Origin: Azolla caroliniana
Taxonomy: Eukaryota > Plantae > Polypodiophyta
Length of the DNA stretch: 20,828 nt
NCBI GenBank assembly: GCA_043228905.1
Contig: JBHGNT010000559.1
Span: 1-20,828 of the forward strand
Reading direction: 5' to 3'
Position numbers and translations under genes: made by a program. This document shows positions 20,532 to 20,828 of this stretch, piece by piece (the first letter of the stretch is position 1; each line of letters starts with the position of its first letter). A model generated the notes under the pieces. That model was not told where the DNA came from and ran no database searches. It worked only from the letters and a program-made list of their open reading frames with translations.

Positions 20532-20828
20532 ATCACTTCGATCCCGAGGAAGTAGTGAAGGTCCCTCAGATCCTTCATCTCAAACGATGCTGCTAGTTGA
20601 GACTTTATGTGACCGATTTCTTCCAAGTCAGCGCCAACGATGACTAAATCATCATCATATAGCAAAATGCTTACCGGTTTGGTCCGACTCTGCCGAATGA
20701 ACAATGAAGAGTTTGATTTTGACAGAGCAAACCCCATCCTACCCAACCCCATCTTCCTGTTCCAAGCACGATGGGCTTGCTTAAGTTCGTAGAGGGCCTT
20801 CTTCAGTTGGCAAACTCCTGATGTATTT
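20532..20828 (-). pseudogene. pol: Element F: Ty1/copia reverse transcriptase fragment, host of element A, runs off window
   Basis: KKALYELKQA..AW; MGFALSKSNSSLF; ILLYDDDLVI (degenerate YVDD); FEMKDLRDLHYFLGIEVI, cut where A ends. Confidence 0.88.

Overview
This window is eukaryotic transposon sequence, most likely from a plant (a bryophyte- or fern-type genome by inference). It contains no host genes and is a five-layer nest of LTR retrotransposons, resolved from termini, target-site duplications (TSDs) and reading frames that rejoin across insertions. The outermost layer is a Ty1/copia RT fragment F (20532-20828, -). It is interrupted by Athila-like Ty3/gypsy element A (+, to ~20531), which carries a long 3' extra ORF. 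That ORF is split by full-length Ty1/copia B (2371-17546, -, TSD AAAGC). B's 3' LTR is split by full-length Ty3/gypsy C (2446-11711, -, 4-bp TSD ACGT). C carries two solo LTRs, D (5228-6678) and E (8561-9256). All coding regions are decayed by stops or indels. The most interesting signal is in element C: a single Gag-protease ORF ends in a candidate -1 ribosomal frameshift cassette (GGAUUUU, 6-nt spacer, putative H-type pseudoknot) leading into RT-RH-IN. C also has an 18-nt tRNA-Trp primer binding site (PBS), a 4-bp TSD and non-canonical catalytic motifs. Copia B has an in-frame ~245-codon tail after RNase H and an inverted repeat caging its polypurine tract (PPT). All alignments and counts were done by eye.
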